Below are positions 13,941 through 27,335 of a stretch of DNA of 64,000 nt, one piece after another; the first letter of the stretch is position 1, and every line of letters begins with the position of its first letter. The notes under the pieces are model-generated. The model was not told the origin of the DNA. It was given only the letters and a program-made list of their open reading frames with translations, and searched no databases. A program made the position numbers and the translations under genes. This DNA is from the human T2T-CHM13v2.0 reference genome, Homo sapiens. The stretch lies in NCBI RefSeq assembly GCF_009914755.1, contig NC_060926.1, one strand, 5' to 3'.

Positions 13941-15114
13941 TTCTAGAAGACAAAGGAGCATGGATGACTGACCAAATGAACCAATAGATCAACATATTCT
14001 ATCAGTTTGGAATGATTAGCTACCCTTGAAGGGGAGCATGTTCTGAAACACTGACTGACAGCATTAAATTATTTCAGATGTAATTATCCTTGTTTATTTA
14101 TTTCTTCCTGAGTTGAAAGAAAGGGAAAAATGTGGAAATCTCAAGGTTTTATAACACATTTTACCTCACTGTCTCCCCTTTCCCTAATGAGGACTGGAAA
14201 TTTTTTTGAGTATCTACTGACCCTTCAGCACCTTTGGAAATATGCCAAGCACATAAATGAAAACAATGGAGAAAAACAGAAAACAGAATTGTTAGCAACA
14301 CATTCAGGAGAAGGCATAGCTCAGTAAGAGATGGACCGGCAGTAACAGAGGAATTGGAAATGTGCAGGATCTTTATATGCAGCAAAGAAAGAGAAGAGAG
14401 AGCATGCAGGAGGGAAGGGGTAGAAAGGAAGGAAGGAATGAGGGCAGAAAAGCAGAGGATGAATCTGAGAGACTGGAACACGGAGCACACCTAGGGGAGT
14501 AACAGAGAACAGTGAGATCGTGGTGAAGGGAAGAGAAGGCTTAACTGTGAGTCAGAGGGGTTAGATGTGCTAGGAGCCAGTGGGAGGTTTGGAAGAAGCG
14601 AGTAACCCAGCAAGATAGTGGCATTAAAGGAAGACATCCCTGGCATGATGATGGAGAGGGAGAGTGAGAAAATAAAATCCAGGGGCCTGGCATGAAGGCT
14701 AACGCTATAATCCACGTGTGAAGTGACAACCTTAAGGCAAAAGCCTGACAAATGTGGCAGGCACTTTGAAGTAGCCATCATGAGGACAGACTGGAGTGAT
14801 GTCACAGTTCTGTTAAACACCAAGAGCAGCATCAAATGCAGGATCTAGGTTAGGATCCAGTAGACAGATGGTCTCTTTCCATCAGAGTGTCCCAATGCAG
14901 CTTTTTCCCAAAGGGAAAAATAAAAACCACTCCTCACCAGAGCCCTTCCTTCACCCACACCCCAGGATCGTTCTCATTTGGCTCATTGTCTTATCAAGGG
15001 GTCTTAATCCAATGTCCACCTTCATGTATCATAAAACAATAAATGTTATGTGTGTACTATTTTCCCAAGAAAGTTGAAAGTCTTAGACTGTTTATTTTTT
15101 TCCCACCATAATCA

Positions 15115-15280
15115 GAGGCAGCTTGGAAAAATAGAAGTAAATTAGGCTTGAATTCTCATGTTAGTTCTAACACTGAACACTTATGTACTTCTGAGAGAGT
15201 AACTTCTCTGGGTCTCAAGTTCTTCACCTGTAAAAAGGGATATTGTTTCCTGAATTTCAGGGTTACTATGAAATAAATGT
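15115..15280 (+). mobile_element. MIR
   Basis: aacttctctgggtctcaagttcttcacctgtaaaaaggg core. Confidence 0.7.
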
Positions 15281-16211
15281 GTGTGTGTGTGTCTATCTAT
15301 CTGTCTATCTTGCCAAATTAGTGTCAAAACCTATACATACACAATAATAAATCAAGAGGTATATTATTAACAATTATAAACACTATGCTTTTGAAGGTTG
15401 GGACAATATTCTCCAAATAATAATGGTTTCCTTCTGAAAACCTGTTAATAAAAACAGCCCTTATAACAAATACATACAAACAATTGGTTACTGTTACCTT
15501 AATGTAGTGGGACTAAGGCCATACTTTTATTAAGTAAACGCCTCTCTAAGAGTGGCACTGCCAAGTACAACCACTCTCCAGGACAGTTTGATGAAATAGT
15601 TTGCTGTAATTAGTTTTCCCAGGGGAAAAATGAATTTAAAAATCTCATCAGGTGTTAGGGTTCTGCAGCTTCTCCAGCTGATTAAAATTCCATTATTTAT
15701 TTTGTACATCTGGATGGTAAATGGAAGCATCCCTAGCATTGGTTTCTCCAAGCTGTCTCCAAACAGGTTCAATAAGAGGATTAGGAGTTTAAATAGGTTT
15801 CCAACTGTTAAAAGTAGTTTTCTCATTTTTCATGTTGACATTCTCAAAACCAATTTGTCTTCTTGATGTTCTGGCTTACCGCTCCCTCTGGAATGGAAGC
15901 CTATCTCCAATAGGAGGAAGAAGAGACTGTACTCTGTGACCTTCTGTGAAGGGACTCAGTGATCTCCAGTACATTGACCCACTGGATACTTAGTAAGTAC
16001 CTACTATATGCTCAGAAATGGAATCAGCACTAAAGAGAATCCAAAGACGTGTGTTGTCATTTTGTTAGAGAAAGCAGAGTTCAGCGTGAAACACTGAGCT
16101 TTATTATAAGAAACAAAGTAAGAGAAATTTAAATGTTTTATGGTATATTGTAAGAGATAGAACAATGTTGCAGCAATTCAGAGGAGAAAAAGAAATGCTA
16201 AGATATAGAAA

Positions 16212-16389
16212 AATAGTTCCCAACACCAGTTACCCATTTGAATCATTCAGGAAGCTCTTAAAACTCCCAATACCCAGGCCATACACCAAACCAATTAAAT
16301 CAGAAGCTCTAGCGATGGGATTCGGCTATATATATGCATTTTAAATCTACCAAGGTGATTCCAATGTGCAGGCAAAATTGAAAACCACT
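16212..16389. mobile_element. MER5A (hAT-Charlie)
   Basis: cccaggccatacaccaaaccaattaaatcagaa...aggtgattccaatgtgcaggcaaaattgaaaaccact. Confidence 0.85.
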
Positions 16390-16404
16390 AATATAGGCAG
16401 AATA

Positions 16405-16660
16405 GTCTTCCCACTTCACACTTCCACCAACATTCTGTTCATAACCATTTAAGTAATTGCTAAAAATGGGGCTTTCCCTAAAGTTCTTATCTTCTGAGAA
16501 CTCACAAGAATCATCCTCAATGCCTTTTTCATGGCAATACAGGCTTTTTCCAGCATTTACTTCAATCTGTTCCAGTCTCTGCCCATTATCAAGTTCCAAA
16601 GCTGCCTCCACATTGTTAGGTATTTGTTATAACGACGCCCACTTCTCTGGTACCAATTTC
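16405..16660 (-). mobile_element. MaLR internal region, 5' fragment attached to the MST LTR
   Basis: ccccacttctctggtaccaattt abuts the LTR; ORF 16309..16611 (EAALELDNGQRLEQ) resembles MaLR-int sequence. Confidence 0.8.
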
Positions 16661-17053
16661 TGTTTTAGTCTCCTTCTGCTGTAGTGAAAGCGATAGAATA
16701 TCACAGACTGGGTAATTCATAAAGAACAGAGATTTATTTCTTGCAGCTCTAGAGGGAGGCTGGGAAGTTCAAGGTCAAGGTGCTGCAGGTTTCTGCTTCC
16801 AAGATGGTGCCCTGAACGCTGCATCCTCCTGAAAGGAGCAATGCATCATCCTCACATAGCAGAAGGCAGAAAGACAAAAAAAGGAACAAAATCCCTCTGT
16901 CAAGCCCTTTTATAACAGCATTAATCCATTCATGAAGACTAAGCCCTTATGACATAAATCCCTGCCAAATATCCCCACCTCTCAACAGTGTTGCACTGGG
17001 GATTAAATTTCAACATAAATTTTTAGAGGGGACAAAAACATTCAAACCATAAA
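16661..17053 (-). mobile_element. MSTC/MSTD-like MaLR LTR
   Basis: tgttttagtc...cacagactgggtaatt...ctgcttccaagatggtgcc...cattcaaaccata. Confidence 0.85.
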
Positions 17054-18446
17054 AGCACATCCCCATCTCCCCATTTTGCATGAGTTCCCTTACCCTGTGA
17101 ACACCTATATAAAAAGTCCTTTCTTTAAACTTTTCAATAAGCCTGGGCCATTGTTTCCCATTAGCACCCTGACTACTGCAACTGCTAATCTCCATTTCAC
17201 TTTGGGCCATATAGATCCTATGATGTCACTATACTTCTCATTATACTTCCCAGATAATAAAATTCTTCTCTTTATAATACAATTGATTCTTGACATGATA
17301 CAGTAACCTTTTCATTTAGAATGCTAGTTCTACTCTGTTTATAAAAATTAGGAAAAATGCAGACATCTATAACTAACTTTCCAGCATATTTAGTGTAGTC
17401 TCTTGATCTTTTTTCTAAATACCTAAAGGGTCAACTACATAAGAAAAACTTAATTTTTTTTTAATTAAGCATTTGAAGCTTTTGTCCTCCAACTGAAAAT
17501 TCTGTTAAATTTCTTAATGCAAGGACTCCAGGTAGAAAGGGGAATAATCAGTTGCATTCTTTTCCATGCTGGGAGGCTGTGAGCCTCCAGGAAGAGTGGA
17601 GCCTGCAAGAACTCCCAAGGCCATGACTTTCCCCTGCCCTTACCAAACTTCAGCCCCACTAGACTGTTTTGACTCCTCAGATGGGCTAATCTTTGTTTCA
17701 ATTTTGGAATGAACTAGTTCTTCTGCACAAAATCCTCTTCACCCCAACCTCTAATCCCCTCAATTCAGTAACTCCTACCTATTTATTCTTCAGTTCTCAA
17801 CTAAAAAAACAGAAGGTGAATGGATGAGCATTAATGATAGCTCCCTTCAATGATAGTCTCTTTTCCCAGCTACAGTATTGTATTTGTTTCAGGATAAAAT
17901 GCTTTTGTTTATGTGTCTCACTTTATGCTAAAAATGCTTAAAGTTTATTAATTAAACTTAAATCATGACTGAATAATAATTGAAATATAATTACTTAGTT
18001 ATAATATATTTAGTTTCTTTGGGCCTGTTATCTCTTTTGGGAACTGAGATCATATCTGGTTTTTTCTTCTCTCTCATAACATGATTAAGGTCAAGTGCCA
18101 TGAAATATGCGTCAGCACTCTGTGAATATAATGGGCTTCAATAATCATTTTTTATTATCTAGACAGTATACTCTGACACGTCTCCAAAACCCAGCCTGAC
18201 ATTCCTAGGAGCTCAAAAACGTGAACTTGTAAATTAAGTACTTTCGGACTGTAAAAGGGCTTTCCTCCTCATGTATTCATTTATTAATTTACTAAGCAAC
18301 TACTATGGAATAGTCTCTGTGAGAAATGCTGAAACTATTAAGTTCAAGTATGCTTGTGCTTGACAGCCCACCGTCTGGGAGAGACAGACATAAGCACAGG
18401 TAAGTGCTCTAAAGTTCTCCACTACAGAGAAGCATAGAGGGAGCTA

Positions 18447-18650
18447 TGTCAGTGCACTCCATGAGGAGAGATGTGAGTAGAGTTTTTAATAATGGAAATA
18501 TTTATAGAAATGTGGGCAGGGTTAAGAACATCTGCAGGGATGTTGAGGACCAACCGTTACCATGCTAAGTTTAAAGGATGAAGGAGAAAAAACAATATAA
18601 CTGGAGCCCATTTGAGAGCTAGAGAAAGGAAGCTTCCTCTACAACTATGG
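18447..18650 (-). mobile_element. LTR33-like (ERVL) fragment
   Basis: tttaataatggaaatatttatagaaatgtgggcagggtt...gttaccatg; similar to the LTR33 at 56550. Confidence 0.5.
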
Positions 18651-18793
18651 CCTTTGTCAACTGGCCTTTCTTCCAAGAAGGAAGGATTTGAGACTCACCC
18701 TAATCCAGTATGACCTCATCATAATGAATTACATCTACAAAAACTGTTTCAATATTAGGCCCATGAAGAAAGGCCAATTGACAAAGGCCGTAG
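18645..18793. repeat. 29-bp inverted repeat (27/29) enclosing a 91-bp spacer with an MLT1-like fragment
   Basis: ctatggcctttgtcaactggcctttcttc (18645-18673) versus gaagaaaggccaattgacaaaggccgtag (18765-18793). Confidence 0.92.
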
Positions 18794-21129
18794 GAGGTCA
18801 GCATTTGGTTCAGGAGCTGCTGGCTGGCCAGAATTCTTAGTGGGAAAAGGTGAAGAAAACCTGATATCTCTGGGAGAGTGAGTCTGAGGTGGTCTGAGTG
18901 TTCAATTTGAGAGTAACTCAAATAGAAAGGACGTCATGAAGTCATTTTCAAAAGACAGAAAAGGATGGTGTTCCTAGGGGTCAAAGAGGGGTCCAGGTGA
19001 GGATGCCAGTCTAAAGAGGGCTAGTAAAGATAGATTTTTCCCTAAATAGATTAAATCTAGCCAGAAAAATTACCATCTGTCTGTAAGAAAGTAAGAAATA
19101 GGAGGACCCTCTGCCAGGAACTGCAGTTTTCAGAAGAACTCCGTAGTATCAATTTTCCTGGGCTTAGGAAAAATGCCCTGACTTTAAAATGTTGAACTAT
19201 AGGCTAATATGCAGCAACCAGAAAAAAAAGAAGAGTCAGGGAGCACAGTGGGAAAACTGGCACATCCCAGAGCTCAGACAAGGACAACATCACCAGAGCG
19301 GGGTAAAGGGATCTCATCAAGCACAGACAGAGGTACAGATAGGTCTCCTTGGATTTTTTTCTCCCTTGTAACTAGCCAAACAGCCCCATTTGATACAATA
19401 GGGATCAAACAATATTATATTCATTGACTGCATTTCTCTAGCAATGCTTAGATGGAAAGTATGAGGTTGCATATAGACCAGAGTACATTTATTAGACTTA
19501 CATGATAAATTCATTTCCCAGTATTTCATGCCTCCATAGCAAGAATGACATATAAGAAGTTCCAAACTGTATTCCTTGGAGCCTAGACCTTGCCCTGCGG
19601 GGTGGGGGACAGGGGGATAGAGGGCAATATTCAGGTAGGGTCGAAGTGAGGAATGGGTTTATATGTGAGATTTTCTGTTAATAAATGGTTCTGCAGTGAC
19701 ACATATTTTGAGATGCTAATCACAAAAGATAGTTCTAACACCACCTCTGCCTCTGGCAATTCTGTAACCACAGATGACTCATTTTACTTCTTTGTAAAAC
19801 TCACATTTCATTTAGAAAAGGTGCAATAATTAAATAGTGATGAGAACACTTCATGAAGGTAACAGTATTACCTGAATACCAAGCAGTATTGCTAACATGA
19901 GCAGCAGCATCATTATCATCATCATCATCACCATTGATGATCACTTTGGCCTGCAAGGCTTATCTTTCTTTGGCAGCCCTTCGTAACCTCACTACTTTTA
20001 TTTTTCCATTACTCCTTTTTCCAGACCTTCAGTTCCAGTTCACATAACTGTAGTCTATTCACATACCCACTTTCACATTTATTTGCTGGTTTACTTACTG
20101 TTTGTCACCAGACTGTAGTATCCAGAACCATGTCAGTTTTTCTCCTCTGCTGCATATTCAGTTTAGCTATGCCAAAACACAGTAGATGCTAAACAAGAAT
20201 TTGCTGAATAAATTGATGAATGTATTATGATCTTGGAGTGGACACTTTAGTGCCAATTTCTAGGTTAGTGATCTTGAAACTCAAACCACAGAAAACATAC
20301 TTGAATTTCTGATGCTCTGAATGACACTGTGACATTTTGAAAGACCTTCAGTTACCAAAATAAACCACCGTAACTGACTATCAAAAATAAGAATGGTCCA
20401 CTGAATGGTTTTCCAGTATTCAATCTCTCCTCTAGTGCATTCTCCTGTCTGCCACTAAAGATAATCCCCTAAATGAAAAGGTTGACCTTGCCATTCTTAA
20501 AATCCTGTGTGCCAGGTACTCATTTATTTATTTATTCATCCATTTATTCCTCAAATATTTATTAGGAAAATGAATGAAAAACACGTAAGAAGAAAGAAGA
20601 AATGAGGGAGAAGAAGCCACAAAGACAAGCCCTGAAGTACAGTTTCTTAGAGTATTAGAGCTATATGGATGCAGACTTTCAGACTAACCAGCTTAGACAG
20701 GGTGTCACTAAGGTAAGACTTTAAGAAAAAAGCCATGAAATTAAATAAGTACATCTAGACAAGGCCATATGAGGTTACCTCTCCTGACAGTTAGATCAGC
20801 CAACTGAGCTATAGTCTGACTGCACAATGAACAGGAGCCCAGAAGGTATTTTTCATGAAGGACCATTACTTTTGGAATTTTCAAATTGTTGATATAAAGG
20901 AATTCAGATTTATCGCAGTCAGTTGAGACACTAGCCTTTATGTTTTACAATGAATGAATAATTAAATGCTGGTCCTGGTTAAAAAAAAAATACAGAGGAT
21001 GAAGGGCTAATCAGAAGTGATCAGAGGTCAGGTCTAAAAATGGAAATCAAAGGGACATGAAATAAAAAGTTGTGTAAGGAAGGGGATAAAATAAAATGTG
21101 AAGCCAGCAGTTCTTACTTTTAGATCATT

Positions 21130-21280
21130 CACTTACTAATGGAATAACGTTGGATACATGGCTAAACCTGAAATTTGGGTTTCTCCTCTACACAGTGGAG
21201 GTCATCGCATGTCCCTAGCATACATTCTCCTGGTTGTTGGAGGAAAGGATGAGATAATGTATGTATAAAAGCCTTTTGTG
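21130..21280 (+). mobile_element. MIR
   Basis: ggtttctcctctacacagtggagg...atgagataatgtatgtataaaagc. Confidence 0.65.
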
Positions 21281-21943
21281 AACAATAATTTTACCTTCGA
21301 GGCATACCTTTTATAACAGGTTTATTGAAATATCATGCACATATTATACAAATGACCTTTCTAATGTGCACAATGTAATAGTTTTTAGTACAAAGAGTTG
21401 TGCAGCCATTACCACAATTGATTTTAGAAGATTTCAACACTTAAAAAAGAAGTTCATAACCATTAGCAGACATTCTCCAACTCTTCCTGCAACACACACA
21501 AACACACACCACCCCATCTCCAGACCTAGGCAACACTAATCTGCTTCCTGTTACCAGAGATTAGCCTGACCTGAATATTTCATATAAATGGAGTCATACA
21601 ATATATGGTCTTTTGTGACTAGCTCCTAGCATAGTTTTCAAAGTTCATTCATATTTTAGCATGTATCAATACTTCATTCCTTTGGATTATCTAATAGTAT
21701 TCTTTTGTATGGATATACTACATTTTCTTTAGCCATTCATCAGTGATAGACATTTGCTTTGTTTCCATGCACTCTTGGCTATTATGAATAATGCAGCTAT
21801 GGATCTTTGTGTACAAGTTTTTGTGTGGACTTATATTTTAATTTCCCTTGAGTTTATACTTAGCAGTGATATTGCTGGGTCATATGCTAAATCTATGTTT
21901 AACATTTTGAAGAACTGCCAATCTCTTTTCCAAGCAACTTCTC

Positions 21944-22352
21944 TAATATAGTTTGGATATTTGTCCCTGCTGAAAACTCATATTGAATTTTAATTCCCAG
22001 TGCTGGAGGTGGGGCCTTATGGGAGGTGTTTGGGTCATGGGGGTGGATCCTTCATGGCTTGGTGAGGTCTTTGTGATAGTGAGTTCTCTGGAGATGTGGT
22101 CATTTAAAAGTGTGTGGCACCTCCCCTCCCATTCTCTCTCTCTTGCTTCTGCTCTGGCCATGTGACGTGCCTTCTCCCCCTTCGCCCTCCACCATGATTG
22201 TAAGCTTCCTAAGGCTCCCTAGAAGCCAAGCAGATACCAGCACCATGCTTTCTGTAAAGCCTGCAAAACTGTGAGCCAATTAAACCTCTTCTGTTTATAA
22301 ATTACAAAGTCTCAGGGATTTCTTTATAGCAATGTAAAAAGGGCCTAATACA
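21944..22352 (+). mobile_element. MSTA/MSTB solo LTR
   Basis: atatagtttggatatttgtcc...gaagccaagcagat...gagccaattaaacctctt...ctaataca. Confidence 0.92.
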
Positions 22353-23025
22353 TGCACCTTACATTCACACACCAGCATGTAAGAGGGATTCCATTCTTTC
22401 ACATCCTTACCAACAATTTTTACTACCTTTATTTTTTGTTATGATCATCTTAGTTTGTATGCAGTGTTACGTTATGATGGTTTTTATTCGCATTTCAGAA
22501 CTACTAACTGCCCGTAACATCTTTTCATGTGTCTATTGACCATTTGTAAACCTTCTTTGGAGAAATATCTACTCAAATGTCCTACCCATTTTTTAATTGA
22601 GTTATTCATCTTCTAAAAATTCTTCACATAATTTAAATACTAGACCATATATGATTTGAAAATTTTTTCCCATTTTGTGGATTATGTTTGAACTTTATTG
22701 ATGGTGTCCTTGGAAGCATAAAAGTTTCTAATTTTGAGGAAGTCTAATCCATCTATTTTCTTTGTTTGGTCAGTTGTAATTTTGGTGTCATATAAGAAGG
22801 CTTTGCCAAACCTGAGCATGAAGATATTTTCTTCTAAGATTTTTATAATTTTAGCTCTTACATTTAGGTCTTTGATTCATTTTGAGTTAAGTTTTGAGTA
22901 TAGAGTGAAGAAGGGGTCCAACTTCATTCTTTTACATGTGAATAGTTGGTTGTCCTAGCCTCATCTGTTGAAAAAAAATATTCTTTCTCCAGTTAATTGT
23001 TTTGGCAACTTTGTCGAAACGTGAT

Positions 23026-23473
23026 ACATTGTAATAGCCAAGATTTGGAAAGAACCTAAATATTTATTGATGGGTGAATGGACTTTTTAAAATGTGGCAT
23101 ATCAATATAATGGAATATTATTCAGCATCAGAAAAGAAAACCCCGCAATATGTAACAACATGGATGAACCTTGAAGACATTATGCTAAATAAAATATTCC
23201 AGTTACACAAGGACAAATACTGTCTGATTCTACTCATATGAGACACCTAGGAGACTCAAATTCATAGAAGTAGAGAGTAGAATAGTGGTTTTCAGGGATG
23301 TTATTAATAACAGGGAGTTGTGAGTCAATAGGTATAAAGTTTGAGTTATATAAGATTAATAAATTCTAGAGATCCCCTGGGTATCATGCCTATAATTAAC
23401 AATACTGTACCATACACATAAAAATTTGTTTAAATGGTAGATTTCATGTTAAATGTTGTCACTACAATTTATA
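23026..23473 (+). mobile_element. L1MA9-like 3' end nested in L1MB
   Basis: Sense L1 3'UTR (caaattcatagaagtagagagtagaatagtggtt...aattctagagatc); TSD aaacgtgat (23017-23025) / aaatgtgat (23474-23482). Confidence 0.85.
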
Positions 23474-25119
23474 AAATGTGATCAATCCATTTGTAGGAGT
23501 TTACTCCTGGATTCTCAGTTTTACTCTATTGATCTCCCTGTCTATTTTTATGTCAATCCCACACTGTCTTTATTACTATAGCTTTGTAGTAAGTTTTGAA
23601 ATTGGAAAATGTTAGTCTTCCAACTTCATACTTCTTTTTCAACATTGCTTTGGCTATTCTAGGTCCCTTATTCCATATAAATTTTATAATCAGCTCATTA
23701 ATTTCTGCAAAAATGATAGCTAGGACTTTGATAGGGATTGTATTGAATCTGTGGATCAATTTAGGGAGGATTGCTATCTTAACAATATTAAGTGTTTGAT
23801 CCATGAACATAAGAAGCTGTAGCCTTTACGTAGGCTTCTTTAATTTTATATAATAGTGGTTTGTAGTTTTCAGAGTACAAGTCTTACACTTGTTTTATTA
23901 AATTTGTTCTTAAGTATTTAATTCTTATGCTATTATAAATTGAATTATTTTTAAATTTTTATTAAGAGTATTCATTGCAAGTGTATACAAATACAGTTGA
24001 TCTTTGTATATTGATCTTGTATGCTACCACATTGTTGAACTTGTTAGATTACTTTGTAGTTTAAGATTACTAGTAGTTTAGATTACTTAGGATTTTCTGT
24101 GTACAAGACTGTGTCATCCTCAAACAGTGATAATTTTCCTCCTTCCTTTCCAGTCTATATGCTTTTCTTTCCTTTTTCTTGCCTAAATGCTCTGTCTAGA
24201 AACTCCAGTACAAAGTTAAATAGGAGTGATAAGAAATGACATTATTATCTTCTTCCTAATTTTAAGATAAATGCATCTAGTCTTTCACAAGAATCATGTA
24301 AGCTGTAGGGTTCTTTTTGTAGATGCCTTTTATCAGGTTGAGGACATTCCCTTCTATTCCTAGCTTTTTGAGTGTCTTATTATAAAAAGGTATTGAACTT
24401 TGTCAAAGCTTTTTCTATGGCTTTTGAGATGACTATGTTGGTTTTGTCTTTTATTCTATTAGTAAGGTTTATTACATTTTTTTATTTTTAAATGTTAAAT
24501 ACCCTTGCATTCTTGGGATAAATTCCACTTAGTAATGGTGGAATTATAATCATGTTTATATATTGCTAGATTCTGTTTGCTAGTAATTTGTTGAGCATTT
24601 TATTAGTATATTTTTAAGAGATATTGGTCTGTAGTTTTATTTTCTTGCAATTTCTTTGTCTGGTTTTTGTATCACAATACAACATCTCATAGAATGGGTT
24701 GAGAAATTTTGCAACCTCTTCTATCTTTGGGAAAACCATGTGAATAATTGGCATTAATTATTATTCAAATGTTTGTTAGAATTTACCAATAAAGCCATTT
24801 TGGCCTAGGTCTGTCTTTGTGAAAGATGATTTTTAGGTGAATATTTTTGTCCATCTGTCATGTATTTTGATGTATGCATATTACAGGATAGTTATCCATT
24901 CTTGTTCCTAACTAGTTCTCTTAATTCCACTGATTGAAATGAGTCATATGATTCTACTGGCCCTAAATAAGAATTATGCCATTTTTGATATGTTCTGAAT
25001 TGATAGTTAGAATTTGTCTCTTCTAGGATTTTTTCTTTTATTCAGCTTATTGATTCCATGCTCTTTTCATTATTTTATCTTTAAAATAAATTTTAATGCC
25101 TTATGTCTCCCCTCATTTT

Positions 25120-25850
25120 TCATCTAACAAATATTTATTGAGTGTCGATTATTAGCTAAGCACGTGCAATGAAAACTCAGCAGTAAACAGAACTGGTAAA
25201 ACCCCTTGCCCCGAATGAGTTTACAAAAATAAAATATAATAGTATGCTGAAACTATGGTAATGACTACAGAGAAAAATAGTGATTGATGTCTGAGGGAAG
25301 AGGCTTGAAATATTATATAGGATATACAAGAAATAGCTCACTGAAAAGATAATATATGGGGTAAATAAAAAAAGATGTCAGAAGGTAAACTACATAGATA
25401 TTTGGAGTCAAAGCATTCCAGGAAGCAATAACAGCAAGTGCAAAGGCGCTGAGGCTGGAATGTACAGGGTGCCTGTGGAGAGCACCCAGGAAAACAGTGT
25501 TTCTACATTAAGTACATTAAGTGAGCGGTGGAGGAGCAGGAGATGAGGAAGTATCATAACAAGGTTCAGATCATGTAGGTCACTGAAGGCCATCACGATA
25601 ATTTTGCCTTTACTTGCTAAAAGGTAGAAAGCCATTGAAAGATTTTGATTAGGAGGGTGACATGATCTAGCTTGCATTTTGATAGGAATACATTGGAAGC
25701 TGTGCTGAGAACAGATTGAAAGGAGAAAGGATCAAAGTATAAGGTTTATTACAAGGCTACTGCAATGATCCACATGAGGAACCTTGAGCGCTTGGACCAA
25801 AGAAGGTGGAAATAAGTGACTGGATCTTGAGTATGTTTAGAATGTAGTAT
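25120..25850 (-). mobile_element. L2a 3' portion
   Basis: caaatatttattgagtg...agcattccaggaagcaataacagcaagtgcaaaggcgctgaggctggaa...agccattgaaagattttga. Confidence 0.85.
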
Positions 25851-26270
25851 CTCATTACTCCAAATGAAACTGAGAATTGTTTTAGAACTTCCTCTATACC
25901 ACATCTAAAATGTGATTGAGATTTTTACTAGTAGTCTACTAATGTACCAAATTGGAAGTAAGCCACTGAGTTTATAGATTAACTTCCAGGACATCTGTTA
26001 CAATATGGTTTCTCTTGCATGAGCATTTGTCCCCGTCTTCTTTTATGCACCATGGTGAAAGTTTGCTGTTTTACTTATGCAGGTCCTATACACTTTTTTA
26101 AGATCATTTTTAGCAGAAGGGTGTATGTGTGTATTTGTTAACCGGTTATGGTTTATCTAGAGAAAAACTATTGACTTTCGTGTATTTATTTTATAACAGA
26201 CCATTTAATTCAATTATTTTATCAGTTGTAATGATTTTCCAAAGTTTTTCAGTTTAATCTTCATATACTG
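25850..26270 (-). mobile_element. Ancient L1 fragment
   Basis: tatagattaacttc...aaaactattgactttcgtgtatttatttt, antisense L1 ORF2-like. Confidence 0.55.
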
Positions 26271-27069
26271 AGACATGTATTTACTAAATATTTACATCTA
26301 TTTACTAAAGATGACTTTAAAGATGACTTTAAAGATGACTAAATATTAGTCATCTTAGTTCTCTACCTGGGTGGTGAGTTTTGCTTGGTAAAAGTGATTT
26401 TGAATGAATCTTAACATGGGCAGTGGAGGGTGGATCTCAGTGTTGCATGTCAGTGGGACTCCAGGTGTTGAGCAGCAGCTTGCAAACACCAGGTACTCAT
26501 GATGTGGGCGTGGGTATGAGGGCATGTGTGGGGAAGAGGGAGGGATGGAACAGAAGTAAGTGATAATGAAGGGTGATGACATGAGAACTTAGAAAGACAC
26601 TTAAAGCAAGCTTGGGTTCACTTGGGTTGACTTATAAAGGAACTTGGAATTTACCTAGGCTGACAGCCATACTTCGTCTATGAGGAAAATAAGGTCCAAA
26701 GAACAGAAGAGAATTTTCCAAGGCCACACAGTAAATAGCTCAGCCTGGGCTAGAATATAACCCAGGTCTCTTCACACTCTCACTTCACTGAATGGGGACA
26801 AACCTCACAGGGGAGGAGCCAAGTTAGCAAAAAGTCAAGAAGCAATAGAATGTCATTGGCCCCACTCCATCACCTTTAGTTGAGGAGGGAATAGAACACC
26901 TTATGTTCCCCACATCTCCACAGGGTGTTGGATCGGAGACAGGAAGAGATTAAGGACAGTATACTAAGCCATCAAGTACTTACCTTTCTCCAAGTAAATT
27001 ATTGGACTTTGGAGAAATCCACTTATTTCCTGTGCTTCAGCTATTATCACCTTAAAATATATAGGGCCC

Positions 27070-27335
27070 ATTTAGATTGTAGGCTATATCCAGCCCACAG
27101 ATGTGCTTTGATTTTTCTGTGTTTGAAAACAACTTTAATTGTTTGATAGCATTTAGAAGTCAAAAAATTTACATAAAATCTGGATTTCTGGCTTTTCCTA
27201 AAAACTGTGAAGATCTTGCAACACTGGCCCAACTTACTGCATGGTACCAATTGTGTGTGTGGAGAAGTACCACCCACTGTCTGCCGTTATCCCCACTTAC
27301 TCACTTATTTAGGTGGCCCACCTTGCCCCTGTGAG
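27070..27335. mobile_element. MER102-like hAT-Charlie fossil
   Basis: acataaaatctggatttctggcttttc...gaagatcttgcaacactggccc. Confidence 0.7.

Larger units (their letters stand above)
21310..24830 (-). mobile_element. L1MB-type LINE (3' UTR + ORF2), interrupted by MST and L1MA9 insertions
   Basis: Antisense L1MB 3' end at 21310; ORF 23553..23810 reads NIVKIAILPKLIHRFNTIPIK...FKTYYKAIVIKTVW, which is L1 ORF2. Confidence 0.92.

Noticed and set aside
18397-18405. Perfect CAG|GTAAGT donor
   Set aside because: Within an L2-like remnant, and no convincing upstream acceptor was identified.
23553-23810. 85-aa ORF with clear protein-like sequence
   Set aside because: A remnant of L1 ORF2 within a fragmented L1MB, not a host gene.
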